NCBI GenBank assembly: GCA_027623675.1
Contig: JAQBVF010000020.1
Coordinates: 12,440-76,439 of the forward strand
Origin: Chloroflexota bacterium
GTDB taxonomy: Bacteria; Chloroflexota; Dehalococcoidia; Lucifugimonadales; UBA3495
Length of the DNA: 64,000 nucleotides
Direction of reading: 5' to 3'
This document shows positions 9,058 through 18,851 of the stretch, piece after piece. Below the pieces are notes generated by a model. The model searched no databases. It was not told where the DNA came from and saw nothing but the letters and a program-made list of their open reading frames with translations. Numbering within the stretch: the stretch's first letter is position 1; every line of letters begins with the position of its first letter. Both the position numbers and the translations under genes were made by a program.

Positions 9058-10578
9058 TCAGGGCGCGTAGATGTCCGTTTGGGGGTAAAAAGCGTACCAG
9101 CCGAACCAGTATGCCTCCCGGCTGGGCAGCCGGTCCAAGGACCGGGCGGCGCCGTCCAGGCTGACCAGAGCGTCGTCCTCAGCCCGCCATTCCACGCCAT
9201 CCTCGTCGGTCACAACCATCATCCGGCCCGGCCCGGTCCGGGCCGGAGTGAACACATGGTTACCCCGGCCGTAGGCCCTAACCCCGCCGCCGGACCCAGG
9301 CGATAGGACGACCACGTTCTGGCCGCCCAATTCGTCGTTGAGCGCGGTTGGCGAGGCGAATACCGACAGTGGGTACGCCCTGGCTTCATCGCCGACAACG
9401 AGGCCAAAAACCGGTTCTTTGGTTTCCAACTCGGCGCTGCGCAGCGGGACCGGGAACATGGTCGTTGTCTGGTTGCGGTAGGCGAAGTAAGCGGAGTCGT
9501 TCTGGGACTCGGGGGAATAACTTTCTGCCGGATACCTGCCGGTTTCCGCGTTCAAGACGGTGGTGTCCGGGTGTTCCGCCACCCAGTCGGCCCAAAACGT
9601 GAGGGTCATGGGCAGCACCTCCAGTTCCAAGCCGCTGCCGACCAGCGGGCCAACCGCGGGCACGCCCCGAAATTGCTGCCACAGCGTCTCCGTCTTGCGG
9701 TCGTACATCAGTTTGTTGCTGCGGTAGAGGAAGCCGGAGGTGCCGAACTCCACCCTTTCGCCGTTGATCTCCGTGGAATACACGATTCCAGAGCCGCAGA
9801 GGGTTCAATAAGCCAGGGCGAAGGGCACGCCTCCCAGGATGTCGTTGGCCATCTCGTGACGGTTCAAGATGCGTAGTGGATAGGCCCGGTGCTCGCCGTT
9901 GATGGACACTCCGAAGACCCGGTCGCCCGGGAGCAGGTAATCGGCGTCTTCCGCAGAGACCACGGGTGGGTCGCTCAGGTCGGGGATGCCGTCCTTGGCC
10001 ACACCTCCCCAAACGATCTCTTCCAGCCGGATATCCGATCTCACGCCGTCATAGATGAAGCCGCCCAGACCGGGGTCCACGATGGCGTATAACCGGCCCT
10101 TCCATCCGGCGAACCCCGGCGGCGGCCGTACCTGAGGGTTGTTGCCCAGCCACTCGACCCACCACTGCCACTCATTCTGCTCTGGCGGGAAGACCATCAC
10201 GTCTTCCGGCGGCACGTTGTCTTTGAGCCGGGACAGGAAGGAGGTCATGTTGATGATGGCTTCATCGTCGTTCTGAAAGCGGAGGAACTCCAGCAGCACC
10301 GGGATGTAGGTCTGGTTCCCGGAATAAGCCATCTTGCGGGCGACCTTGGCCAGGGGCAGCTCCAGGGAGGCCAGCATCAACCCGGTAGGGTCGTCGGGCA
10401 GTCCGGTCAGGTCCACCTCTCCGGGCATCGGCTCGATGGGTATCACGGCCCCGGGCCCGGATGTGGCCGGGACGGGCGTGCCGCCTCCGCCCGGCGAACA
10501 GGCCGCCACCAAAAGCGCCGCAGCCGTCGCCGCCAGCCAGACTGGCCGCCGATGTTTTGGCTTATGAGACAACCGCAA
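9058..10578 (-). CDS. DUF3179-domain lipoprotein, putative selenoprotein (U-T-L-C)
   Basis: ORFs 9805..11088 and 9058..9783 are in one frame joined by TGA at 9805-9807: HEMANDILGGVPFALAY-U-TLCGSG..FGTSGFLYRSNKLMYDR. Lipobox LVAAC; probable TTG start at 10578 (or 10572). Confidence 0.85.
9769..9793 (-). promoter_or_regulatory. Putative bacterial SECIS hairpin of the DUF3179 gene
   Basis: CTC-TGGAAT-CGTGT-ATTCCA-CG-GAG stem-loop starting 11 nt after the TGA, with GU in the loop. Confidence 0.65.
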
Positions 10579-10706
10579 TGGGCCGGACCTCTCTAAGCGT
10601 TCAGCTTTGGGGCTGCACCGGGAGGATACGAGTCGTGACGCCGGGCGCCCGATACGTTTGTTCGATGCATGGGGCGGTGAAAGGATGCGCCTGGTCGGGG
10701 GCGGTA

Positions 10707-11885
10707 CTACTGGGACTCGCGGAATAACTCGCGGCCGATGAGCATGCGGCGTATCTCGCTGGTGCCGGCGCCGATCTCGTACAGTTTGGCGTCCCGCAAC
10801 AGGCGGCCGGTGGGCGACTCGTTGACGTAGCCGATGCCGCCCAGGGTTTGCACGGCTTGCAGGGCGGTCTGCGTGGCCTGTTCGGCACTGAAGAGCAGGC
10901 AACCGGCGGCGTCTTTGCGGCTGCTCTCGCCCCGGTCGGCAGCCCGGGCCACGGCGTAGACGTAGGACTGGCACGCGGAGATGGCGGTGTACATATCGGC
11001 CAACTTGGCCTGGACCAACTGGAACTCTCCGATGGGCTGGCCGAATTGTTCGCGTTGGTGGACGTAGGGCAAAACCGCGTCCAAACATGATTGCATGATG
11101 CCCAGTGGGCCGCCGGCCAGCACCAGCCGCTCGAAGTCCAGGCCGCTCATCAGCACCCGGACACCGTGGTCAACCTCGCCCAGCACGTTCTCCTCGGGCA
11201 CCTCGCAGTCCTGAAAGACCAACTCGGACGTGCTTGAGCCGCGCATCCCGAGCTTGTTCAGCTTGGGCGACGCCCGGAACCCGGCAAACGCCTTCTCGAC
11301 GAGAAAGGCGGTTATGCCGTGGGAGCCGGCCTGGGGGTTGGTCTTGCCGTAGACCACCAGAGTGTCGGCTTCGGGTCCGTTGGTGATCCACATCTTGCTG
11401 CCGTTCAGAACGTAGCGGCCGCCCTTCTTCTCGGCGCGGAGGGCCATGCTGATCACGTCGGAGCCGGCCTCAGCCTCGCTCATCGCCAGCGCGCCGACAT
11501 GCTCCCCGGATATCAACTTGGGCAGATAACGCCGTTTCTGGCCGTCGTTGCCGTTGCGGAAGATCTGGTTGACGCACAGGTTGGAGTGGGCGCCGTAGCT
11601 CAGGCCCACGCTGGCCGACCCGCGGGAAATCTCCTCCATGGCGATGGTGTGGGCCAGATAGCCAAGGCCCGCGCCGCCGTACTCCTCGGAGACGGTGATG
11701 CCCAAAAGCCCCAACTCGCCCAGCTTGGGCCACAGGTCCCGGGGAAATTGGTCGGTCTGGTCGATCTCCGCGGCTCTGGGTGCGATCTCCTGAAAGGAGA
11801 AACTTCGCACCGTATCCCGGATGATGTCGATGGTCTCACCCAGCGAGTGGTCCAAAGCGCTGTACAGCGGCCGTCGGGATGTCAT
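10707..11885 (-). CDS. ivd: Isovaleryl-CoA dehydrogenase
   Basis: [73 protein letters not shown]. Confidence 0.93.
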   Translation of the reverse strand: MTSRRPLYSALDHSLGETIDIIRDTVRSFSFQEIAPRAAEIDQTDQFPRDLWPKLGELGLLGITVSEEYGGAGLGYLAHTIAMEEISRGSASVGLSYGAHSNLCVNQIFRNGNDGQKRRYLPKLISGEHVGALAMSEAEAGSDVISMALRAEKKGGRYVLNGSKMWITNGPEADTLVVYGKTNPQAGSHGITAFLVEKAFAGFRASPKLNKLGMRGSSTSELVFQDCEVPEENVLGEVDHGVRVLMSGLDFERLVLAGGPLGIMQSCLDAVLPYVHQREQFGQPIGEFQLVQAKLADMYTAISACQSYVYAVARAADRGESSRKDAAGCLLFSAEQATQTALQAVQTLGGIGYVNESPTGRLLRDAKLYEIGAGTSEIRRMLIGRELFRESQ

Positions 11886-11911
11886 GGGCTCGTCTCCCTG
11901 AGGGCGGGGTT

Positions 11912-13312
11912 TTACGGCGTGCGCCGGTCGATTATACGGCGGGCCTTGAACTGGGTGCGTTCGAACTCGCCGGCCGGTTTCAACTCAACCGCCACGCTGA
12001 CACCGATGGCCCGGCGCAGCTCTCCGGTGAACCGTTCCCGGAGCGGCGCCAACGCCGCAGGATCGAATTCTTGGCCGGCGAACGCGTTGCCCAGGACCTC
12101 GGCTTGGACGGTGAGGCGGTCCATCTGGCCCGGTTCCCGCTCCAATACCAGCCGGAACTCGCCGCCGAACTCGTCCATACCCCGGAGTATGTCTTCGATG
12201 CGCGAGGGAAAAACGTTCTGCCCCCGGACGATGATCATGTCGTCCACCCGCCCGTAGATGCCCGACACCAGGGTGGGATAGGTGCGGCCGCAGGGGCAGT
12301 CCACCATGTCCCAGCGGGCGATGTCCCCCGACCAGTAGCGGATCATGGGCTGGGAGGTGCGTTCGGTGTGCGAGTAGATGGGCACGCCTTCCTCTCCCAT
12401 CGGCAGCACCAGCTTGGACTGAGGGTCGACCAACTCGGTGTAGACGATGTCTTGCCACAGATGCATACCGCCTGCCAGGTGGCGGCAGCCCGAATTGCTC
12501 ATCCAGGGCGTCATCTCGGCCATGCTGCCCTGGTCCACGACGTAGCAGCCGAAGGTCTCCTCGATCAGACGGCGGGTGGCTGGGACGCTGGCCCCCGGCT
12601 CCCCGGAGAAGAACATGAACCTAAAGGCGAAGTCCTCTTTGGGGTCCAGCCCCATCTGGCGGGCGGTCTCGGCCAGGTAGAGGGCGTAGGAGGGCGTGGC
12701 GTAGAGCACGGATGGCTTCACCATCGCCGACCACTCGACCGCGCGCTCGGTCTGTCCCGGAGCGCCGCTGCCGAAGGGGAAACAGGCTGCTCCCAGCCGT
12801 TCCGCGCCGACCAACGCGCCCCAACTGCCAACGTAAAGGCTGAAGACAGCGGCCACCATGACCGTGTCGTTGGCACGCAAACCCGCGCCCCAGAGGATGC
12901 GGGCATGGGCCTCCGCGATGCGGTCCCAGTCGTCCTTGCCCACGCCAAACACGGTGGGGCGGCCGGTGGTGCCCGATGTGCCGTGCACCCGGAAGATATC
13001 TTCCGGCGGGATGCAGAGGAACCGGCCGTAGGGCGGGTGGTCCACCTGTTCCTGGCGGATGTTCTCTTTGGTCAGGATGGGCAGTTGGGCGAACTCTTCC
13101 AGGCTGGCCAGGTTGGCCGGGTCCACGGGCGCGTCCCGGTAGAACTCCTGGTAGAAGCCCGAATTTTGGAAGGCGTAACGCACCTGGGCTTGCAGCTTGG
13201 CCAATATGTGCCGGTCCCGCTCGCCGGGCGGCATGGTCTCCAGGTCGGGCGACCAGTATTCCTGGTCCGGGCTGGGGTGGTAGCTGTCAGGGTATTTGGG
13301 GGGCCATTCCAT
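11912..13312 (-). CDS. Phenylacetate-CoA ligase-family acyl-CoA ligase (2-hydroxyisobutyrate-CoA ligase HCL-like)
   Basis: [56 protein letters not shown]; lies beside the mutase subunits. Confidence 0.85.
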   Translation of the reverse strand: MEWPPKYPDSYHPSPDQEYWSPDLETMPPGERDRHILAKLQAQVRYAFQNSGFYQEFYRDAPVDPANLASLEEFAQLPILTKENIRQEQVDHPPYGRFLCIPPEDIFRVHGTSGTTGRPTVFGVGKDDWDRIAEAHARILWGAGLRANDTVMVAAVFSLYVGSWGALVGAERLGAACFPFGSGAPGQTERAVEWSAMVKPSVLYATPSYALYLAETARQMGLDPKEDFAFRFMFFSGEPGASVPATRRLIEETFGCYVVDQGSMAEMTPWMSNSGCRHLAGGMHLWQDIVYTELVDPQSKLVLPMGEEGVPIYSHTERTSQPMIRYWSGDIARWDMVDCPCGRTYPTLVSGIYGRVDDMIIVRGQNVFPSRIEDILRGMDEFGGEFRLVLEREPGQMDRLTVQAEVLGNAFAGQEFDPAALAPLRERFTGELRRAIGVSVAVELKPAGEFERTQFKARRIIDRRTP

Positions 13313-13378
13313 AGGTGCAGTCTCTTGCCCAGGGATGGGTAGCCAAGCCTGGTTTTCTAGTCTTGTTGGGGTACGGGG

Positions 13379-13807
13379 TTATGCCTGTGGCGCGGACCGG
13401 CCCCGGCTCACCTGTTGGATGATGAAATCGGTCATGCTGGTGGTATAGCTGCCAACCGGGAAGACTCCTTGAACGCCCATCTTTTCCAACGGTTCCACGT
13501 CGTCTTCCGGGATGGTGCCGCCGACCATCAGCAGAACGTCGCCGGCGATGCCTCTTTCTTTGAGGGCGTTGATCAGCCGGGGTATCAGACGCATGTGCGC
13601 CCCGGAGAGGATGCTGATGCCCACGACGTCCACGTCTTCTTGCAGGGCGGTCTGGGCTACCTGGTCCGGCGTGACCCGCATGCCCATGTAGACCACCTCC
13701 ATCCCGGCGTCCCGCATGGCCCTGGCGATGACCTTGATGCCCCGGTCATGTCCGTCCAAGCCCAACTTGGCCAAGAGGACTTTTATGTTGGCGGTCTGAG
13801 AGACCAA
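13379..13807 (-). CDS. Acyl-CoA mutase small, cobalamin-binding subunit (HcmB/IcmB-like)
   Basis: [10 protein letters not shown] (DxHxxG) and SILSGAH..VGGTIP motifs. Confidence 0.93.
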   Translation of the reverse strand: MVSQTANIKVLLAKLGLDGHDRGIKVIARAMRDAGMEVVYMGMRVTPDQVAQTALQEDVDVVGISILSGAHMRLIPRLINALKERGIAGDVLLMVGGTIPEDDVEPLEKMGVQGVFPVGSYTTSMTDFIIQQVSRGRSAPQA

Positions 13808-13810
13808 GGC

Positions 13811-14062
13811 TCAGGCAGCTTCCCGGTCAGAGTAGGAGACGATAGAGACCTCGGTCTGAAGGGCTTTCAGCCGGGTCAGCAGAGTTGTGAGTTGATCGGT
13901 GACCTTGCCGGACACAAATGGTTCATGGCAGCTACGGCAACTCTCGGCCGGAACATCTTTAACCACGACCACCGTGCCTTCGAAAACGAAGGGCACTGCG
14001 GAAACGCCGTCTTTCAGCCGTCCACCGCACAATAGGCAGGTTTTAAGATCTTCTGATACCAA
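13811..14062 (-). CDS. YgiT-type zinc-finger protein (MqsA N-terminal-like)
   Basis: CLLCGG...VVVKDVPAESCRSCHE pattern, 83 aa, tightly packed between the mutase subunits. Confidence 0.8.
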   Translation of the reverse strand: MVSEDLKTCLLCGGRLKDGVSAVPFVFEGTVVVVKDVPAESCRSCHEPFVSGKVTDQLTTLLTRLKALQTEVSIVSYSDREAA

Positions 14063-14064
14063 GT

Positions 14065-15684
14065 CTAAAACACCCCTGGGTCCACGTACTCGCCGTAGAC
14101 TTCGCGCAAAGTATCGAGGATCTCGCCCTCGGTGGCCAGGGCGGTAACCGCCTCCAGCACCGGCGGCATCAGGTTCTTGTCGTCGTGGGCGGACTGCTTC
14201 AACGAAGCGAGGGCAGACTTAACGTCGGCGGCGCTGCGACCCCCCTTGGTCTCGGCCAGCCGGCCCTTCTGCCATTCCTCTTCTTCTGGGTCGAACTGGA
14301 ACAGTTCCAGTTTCTGTTGGTTCTCCGATCGGTACTGGTTCAGGCCCACGACTACCTGAGCGCCGCTCTCGATTCTGAGTTGGTATTCGTAGGCCGATCG
14401 GGCGATCTCCATCTCGATGTACCCGGTGTCGATGGCCTGGAGCATGCCGTCCTTGAGCGAGCCGTTGCCCATCTCTTTTATCTTGTTGATGTAGACCCAG
14501 GCCCCCTCCTCCATGTTGTCGGTCAGGCTTTCCACGAAATACGACCCGCCCAGGGGGTCCACCGTCCCGGCCACTCCCGACTCGTGGGCCAGGATCAACT
14601 GAGTGGCCAGGGACATGCGCATGGCTTCCTCTGATGGGATGTCGAAGGCTTCATCGAAACCGCTGACGTGGAGCGATTGGGTGCCGCCCAAGACCGCGGC
14701 CAACGCCTGCAAAGTGCCGCGGGCGATGTTGTTCTGCGGGTCCTGCCGCATCAGGGTGGAGCCAAGGGTCTGGGTGTGGAACCGCAGCCGCATGGACTCG
14801 GGCTGTTGGGCCTGGTACCGGTGCTTCATGATGCGCGCCCACATGCGCCGCGCCGCCCGGTATTTGGCCACCTCTTCGAATACGTCGTTGTGGCAGCCGA
14901 AGAAGAACGACAGCCGGGGGGCGAAGCTGTCCACCGGCAGTCCCCGTTCCAAGGCCGATTCCACATAGGCCATGCCCTGGGCGATGGTGAAGGCCAACTC
15001 CTGCACGGCGTCGGATCCGCTCTCGCGGATGTGGTAGCCGGAGATGGAGATGGTGTACCAGTTGGGCACGTGGTTGGTGCAGAATTCCACGATGTCGGTG
15101 GTCAGCTTCAGGGAAGGACCCGGCCCCAGAGCAAAGGTCTTTTGGCCGTGGAACTCTTTCAACGAGTCGTTCTGGACGGTGCCCCGAAGCGCGCCCCAGT
15201 CCACCCCCCGTTTCTGGGCCACTGACAGGAACATGCCCATCAGCACGATGGCGGGGTGGTTGATGGTCAGGGACACGCTGACTTTGTCCAATGGTATGTC
15301 CAAGAACAGGTCGTCAATGTCGCGGACCGAGTCGATTGCCACGCCCAGCCGCCCAACTTCTCCCTCGGCAAGTTCGTGGTCCGAGTCGTAGCCGGTCAGA
15401 GTGGGGTGGTCGAAGTCGGTGCTGATGCCGTTCTGGCCGTGTTCCAGCAGGAACCGGTAGCGTTCGTTGGTGGCCTGCGCCGTCCCGAAGCCGGCGATCT
15501 GACGCCGGGTCCACAGCCGCCCTTGGTACATGTTGGGATAGGGCCCGCGGGTGAATGGGAATTCGCCGGGCTGGCCCAGGTCGCGGGCGAAGTCGTTTCC
15601 GGCGATGTCGGCCGGCGTGTACACGGGCTTCACCTCCAGCCCCGACAGACTGCGGTTCGGTTGTACCTCTGATTGGTCGGCCAT
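14065..15684 (-). CDS. B12-dependent acyl-CoA mutase large subunit, 2-hydroxyisobutyryl-CoA mutase (HcmA)-like
   Basis: PGEFPFTRGPYPNMY..WTRRQIAGFG, GISTDFD, QNDSLKEFHGQK, ISGYHI, HTQT, LGGTQSLH; start at MADQSEV. Confidence 0.88.
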   Translation of the reverse strand: MADQSEVQPNRSLSGLEVKPVYTPADIAGNDFARDLGQPGEFPFTRGPYPNMYQGRLWTRRQIAGFGTAQATNERYRFLLEHGQNGISTDFDHPTLTGYDSDHELAEGEVGRLGVAIDSVRDIDDLFLDIPLDKVSVSLTINHPAIVLMGMFLSVAQKRGVDWGALRGTVQNDSLKEFHGQKTFALGPGPSLKLTTDIVEFCTNHVPNWYTISISGYHIRESGSDAVQELAFTIAQGMAYVESALERGLPVDSFAPRLSFFFGCHNDVFEEVAKYRAARRMWARIMKHRYQAQQPESMRLRFHTQTLGSTLMRQDPQNNIARGTLQALAAVLGGTQSLHVSGFDEAFDIPSEEAMRMSLATQLILAHESGVAGTVDPLGGSYFVESLTDNMEEGAWVYINKIKEMGNGSLKDGMLQAIDTGYIEMEIARSAYEYQLRIESGAQVVVGLNQYRSENQQKLELFQFDPEEEEWQKGRLAETKGGRSAADVKSALASLKQSAHDDKNLMPPVLEAVTALATEGEILDTLREVYGEYVDPGVF

Positions 15685-15751
15685 CGTATCTATCCATTGC
15701 GCAGGGGTCCCGGTTGACGGAGACCCCTGCAGTGTTGCTCGATTGCTGGCT

Positions 15752-16630
15752 TTACCCGATGCGGACGTACTTGTCCACGCTCTTCCCGGCGCCCAGGGAC
15801 AGGTACAGGTCGCCGTGGGCATCGACCCAAGAACCGTGGGCCGAGATGCACTCGAACCGCTCCAGCACCTTGCCGTCGCCGTCCAGCACGCTCATCTGGG
15901 CCGGGTGGGTGTCGTCGGGCCGCTCGCTGGTGTAGAAGATGCCCTCGCTGTCTTGAGAGATGTCCAGGGGACGCTGCATGTCGGTCCACATGGTCACATA
16001 CTCACCGTCGGGAGAGAACACCTGCACCCGGCTGTTCTCACGGTCGCAGAGATATATCTGCCCGTCCTGGCCCACGATCAGGCTGTGGGGCAGGTGGAAC
16101 TGGTTGGGGCCGCCCTTGCCCGGCTCGCCCCAGGATGAGATCAGGTCGCCGGCCGCCGAGAACCGGTGGACTCGGGCGTTGCGGTAGCCGTCGGATATAT
16201 AAAGGTCGCCGTTGGGGGCGGGGACCATCTCGGTCACGTAGTTGAACGGGCCTGCCGACCTGGGGCAAACATCGCCGGCCTTCTCGCAGCCGGTGTCCGA
16301 GTACTCGCCCTTGGTGCCGATGGACAGCATGGGTTTGCCGTCCAGGGTGGTCTTCATGGCGATGGAGCCTTCGCGGTCGGTGAGGTAGGCGATATCGTCC
16401 TGGATGAAGATGCCATGGGGGTCGTCGAACATCCCGTCACCCCAAGAACTCAGGAAGTTGCCCTCCCGGTCAAAGACCAACACCGGTGGGTTGGTGCGCT
16501 GGAAGACGTAGACCCGGTCCTGGGAGTCGGTGGCCACTGCGCTTGCGGTGCCCATCGCCTGGCCCGCGGGCATCTTTGCCCAGTTGGGGATGTATTCATA
16601 GGTGTATTTGCCGCTTCCTACCTTGGCCAT
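15752..16630 (-). CDS. NHL-repeat six-bladed beta-propeller (PAL-like) protein
   Basis: DDPHGI, YISDGYRNARVHRFS, FHLPHSL, CDRENSRVQVF repeats. Confidence 0.85.
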   Translation of the reverse strand: MAKVGSGKYTYEYIPNWAKMPAGQAMGTASAVATDSQDRVYVFQRTNPPVLVFDREGNFLSSWGDGMFDDPHGIFIQDDIAYLTDREGSIAMKTTLDGKPMLSIGTKGEYSDTGCEKAGDVCPRSAGPFNYVTEMVPAPNGDLYISDGYRNARVHRFSAAGDLISSWGEPGKGGPNQFHLPHSLIVGQDGQIYLCDRENSRVQVFSPDGEYVTMWTDMQRPLDISQDSEGIFYTSERPDDTHPAQMSVLDGDGKVLERFECISAHGSWVDAHGDLYLSLGAGKSVDKYVRIG

Positions 16631-16821
16631 GGTGGGTTCCCTCCTGCCAACGAAAATGAAATTTCTGTACCGCGGCTCCGGGCGGGCATGGGCGCACGCC
16701 TGGCAACCGTCACAATACTACCACAGGCAGGGCTGGCCCCAATACCGGGCGCTTGAATTTGTGCTGTCCGGCCACATAATCTAAACTGGCCGGAGGACTT
16801 GGCCAGTTGTTGGAGGTTTCC

Positions 16822-17673
16822 ATGCCCGGACTAGAAGGAAAAATAGCTTTGATCACCGGCGCCGGCGGCATGCGCGGCGTGGGCCGGGCCACGGTTATGA
16901 AACTGGCCGGGCAGGGGGCGGATATCGCCCTTTCCGACGTGCATCGGGAGGTATCTGACCTGCCGCCCGCTGAGGTCAGGAACGAATGGGGCGGCATCGA
17001 CACCGTGTCCCAAGAGGTCCAAGCCCTGGGCCGGAGCGCTCTGCCGATCTACTGCGACCTTTCCGACCCCGACCAGATCGAGCGGATGGTGGAACAGACC
17101 ATCGCCAAGTTCGGCCGGATCGACATCCTGGTCAACAACGCCCGGGCCATCATCGGCAAGGACAAGGTGCCGGTAACCGAGCTGGACAAAGAGGTCTGGG
17201 ACCACTTTCTGTCCATCAACACCACCGCCGTGTTTCTGGCCACCAAGTTCGTGGCCCGGCACATGATCGACGCGGGCAACGGCGGCCGCATCATCAACAT
17301 CGCTTCCAATGCCGGCAAGCAGGCCAGCGCCAATGGGGCCGCCTACTCGGCATCAAAGTTCGCCGTCATCGGGTTGACCCAAGCCACGGCCATGGACCTG
17401 GCGCCCTATAACATCACCGCCAACTCGGTCTGCCCCGGCCCGATCAACACCGACCGCATGAGTTACTGGGAGCGGGACCAGGCTGCTGAAAGGGGCATCA
17501 CACAGGAGGAATTCCGCAGTCAGATCGTGGAGAATTCCGGCCAAAACACCCCGCTTGGCCGCATCGCCGAAGCTCAAGACGTGGCCAACATGGTGGCCTT
17601 CCTGGCGGGCGAGGACGCCTCGTTCATCACCGGCCAGGCCTACAACGTGAACGGCGGCCAACTCTTCCATTAG
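16822..17673 (+). CDS. Short-chain dehydrogenase/reductase
   Basis: TGAGGMRGVG, DILVNNA, YSASK, VCPG motifs. Confidence 0.92.
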   Translation: MPGLEGKIALITGAGGMRGVGRATVMKLAGQGADIALSDVHREVSDLPPAEVRNEWGGIDTVSQEVQALGRSALPIYCDLSDPDQIERMVEQTIAKFGRIDILVNNARAIIGKDKVPVTELDKEVWDHFLSINTTAVFLATKFVARHMIDAGNGGRIINIASNAGKQASANGAAYSASKFAVIGLTQATAMDLAPYNITANSVCPGPINTDRMSYWERDQAAERGITQEEFRSQIVENSGQNTPLGRIAEAQDVANMVAFLAGEDASFITGQAYNVNGGQLFH

Positions 17674-17896
17674 GCCGGGTCATTATTACTAACCGCGACT
17701 CCGAATCGATCGTTTCCAGCGCCAAGGCCTGCTGGGTCGAGGCCGCCGATGCCCGCAAGAGAGGCTCGGCCTGCATCGGCGCGGGTAAACCGTCAGCCTG
17801 ATTCGATACAAGCGGTTGCTGAAACGCGACCAAAATTAAACTAATGGGATACCGGACCGTAACGGCCGCGGGACCCAAGAATACACTTAGGAGACT

Positions 17897-18655
17897 ATGA
17901 CACCAGAAAACAATAACGATCTTTTCATCGAGGAATACACCGCCGAGTTCGTCGGCCGCTGGGACGAGCTGATCGATTGGGACCGGCGCCGCCAGGCTGA
18001 GGGTGGGTTCTTCGAGCGGATACTCAAGGAGAACGGCGCGACGTCGGTACTGGACATCGCCTGCGGCACGGGCTATCACACGATTACGCTGCAACTGAAC
18101 GGCTTCGATGTCACCGGCTCTGACGGCTCCGCCAACATGGTCGCCAAGGCCAAGGAGAACGCCGAAATCTCCGGATTGCCGGGCCTACGCCTGCTCGAAG
18201 CTGAATGGACCTCCCTTTCGGCCACGTTCCCCGGCGAGAAGTTCGACGCCGTCGTCTGCCTGGGCAACGCCTTCACGCACCTGTTCGACGACGACCAACG
18301 GCGGCTAGCTCTGAGCGAGATTCATGGCCTGCTGAACGAAGGTGGCGTGGCGGTGATCGACCACCGCAACTACGACACCATGCTGGACAAGGGCTTCTCC
18401 AGCAAGCACCAGTCCTACTACCTGGGCGAGACGGTGGACGTTAAGCCCGAGTCGGTCAGCGAGGAATTGGTCCGAATCCAATACTCCTACTCCGACGGGT
18501 CGGTGCACCACCTCACGTTGTGCCCCATCCGGCAGGAATACTTCAGCGGTCTGCTCCGCGAGACCGGTTTCCGCGACGTGGTCCGGTACGGAGATTTTCA
18601 GGCTGATTACGGCTTGTACGAACCCGACTTCATCATACAGGTGGCGAAGAAGTAA
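17897..18655 (+). CDS. Glycine/sarcosine N-methyltransferase (GSMT-like)
   Basis: FVGRWDELIDW, VLDIACGTG, CLGNAFTHLF, DHRNYD, YGDF..PDFIIQVA match the halophile GSMT pattern. Confidence 0.85.
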   Translation: MTPENNNDLFIEEYTAEFVGRWDELIDWDRRRQAEGGFFERILKENGATSVLDIACGTGYHTITLQLNGFDVTGSDGSANMVAKAKENAEISGLPGLRLLEAEWTSLSATFPGEKFDAVVCLGNAFTHLFDDDQRRLALSEIHGLLNEGGVAVIDHRNYDTMLDKGFSSKHQSYYLGETVDVKPESVSEELVRIQYSYSDGSVHHLTLCPIRQEYFSGLLRETGFRDVVRYGDFQADYGLYEPDFIIQVAKK

Positions 18656-18787
18656 CCGACGAAGCCAGAGTCACCTTCCGCACCATTAAAGTGGGAACCA
18701 TCGCTCCCACGGACGGCGCCAGCATCGGCCCAGATGCCCGGGGACCAGGTCCGGCGCCGCCGACGGCTAGAACGGCCGGTTGAAACG

Positions 18788-18823
18788 AAACCACCGGCCC
18801 TGGTTGTTACCGGGCCGGTGGTT
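18788..18823. terminator. Probable terminator between convergent genes
   Basis: aaccaccggccc / gggccggtggtt inverted repeat. Confidence 0.6.
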
Positions 18824-18851
18824 CTGATGCCGATCATATTTGGCGCCGAGA

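Noticed and set aside
10579..11088. N-terminal extension of ORF 9805..11088
   Set aside because: It overlaps ivd in another frame and is Arg/Pro-rich noise; the lipoprotein signal begins near 10578.
11879..13342. Long antisense ORFs (e.g. 11879..13342 +, 1515..2810 -, 20677..21924 +, 31530..32537 +)
   Set aside because: Shadow ORFs opposite well-supported genes, expected in high-GC DNA, with no recognisable motifs.
14065..15684. Annotation as ordinary methylmalonyl-CoA mutase
   Set aside because: It has Ile in place of the RQY Tyr and Gln in place of the carboxylate-binding Arg.
15685..16820. Cobalamin riboswitch ahead of the mutase cluster
   Set aside because: No B12-box or GGGAA core recognisable in the short intergenic gaps.
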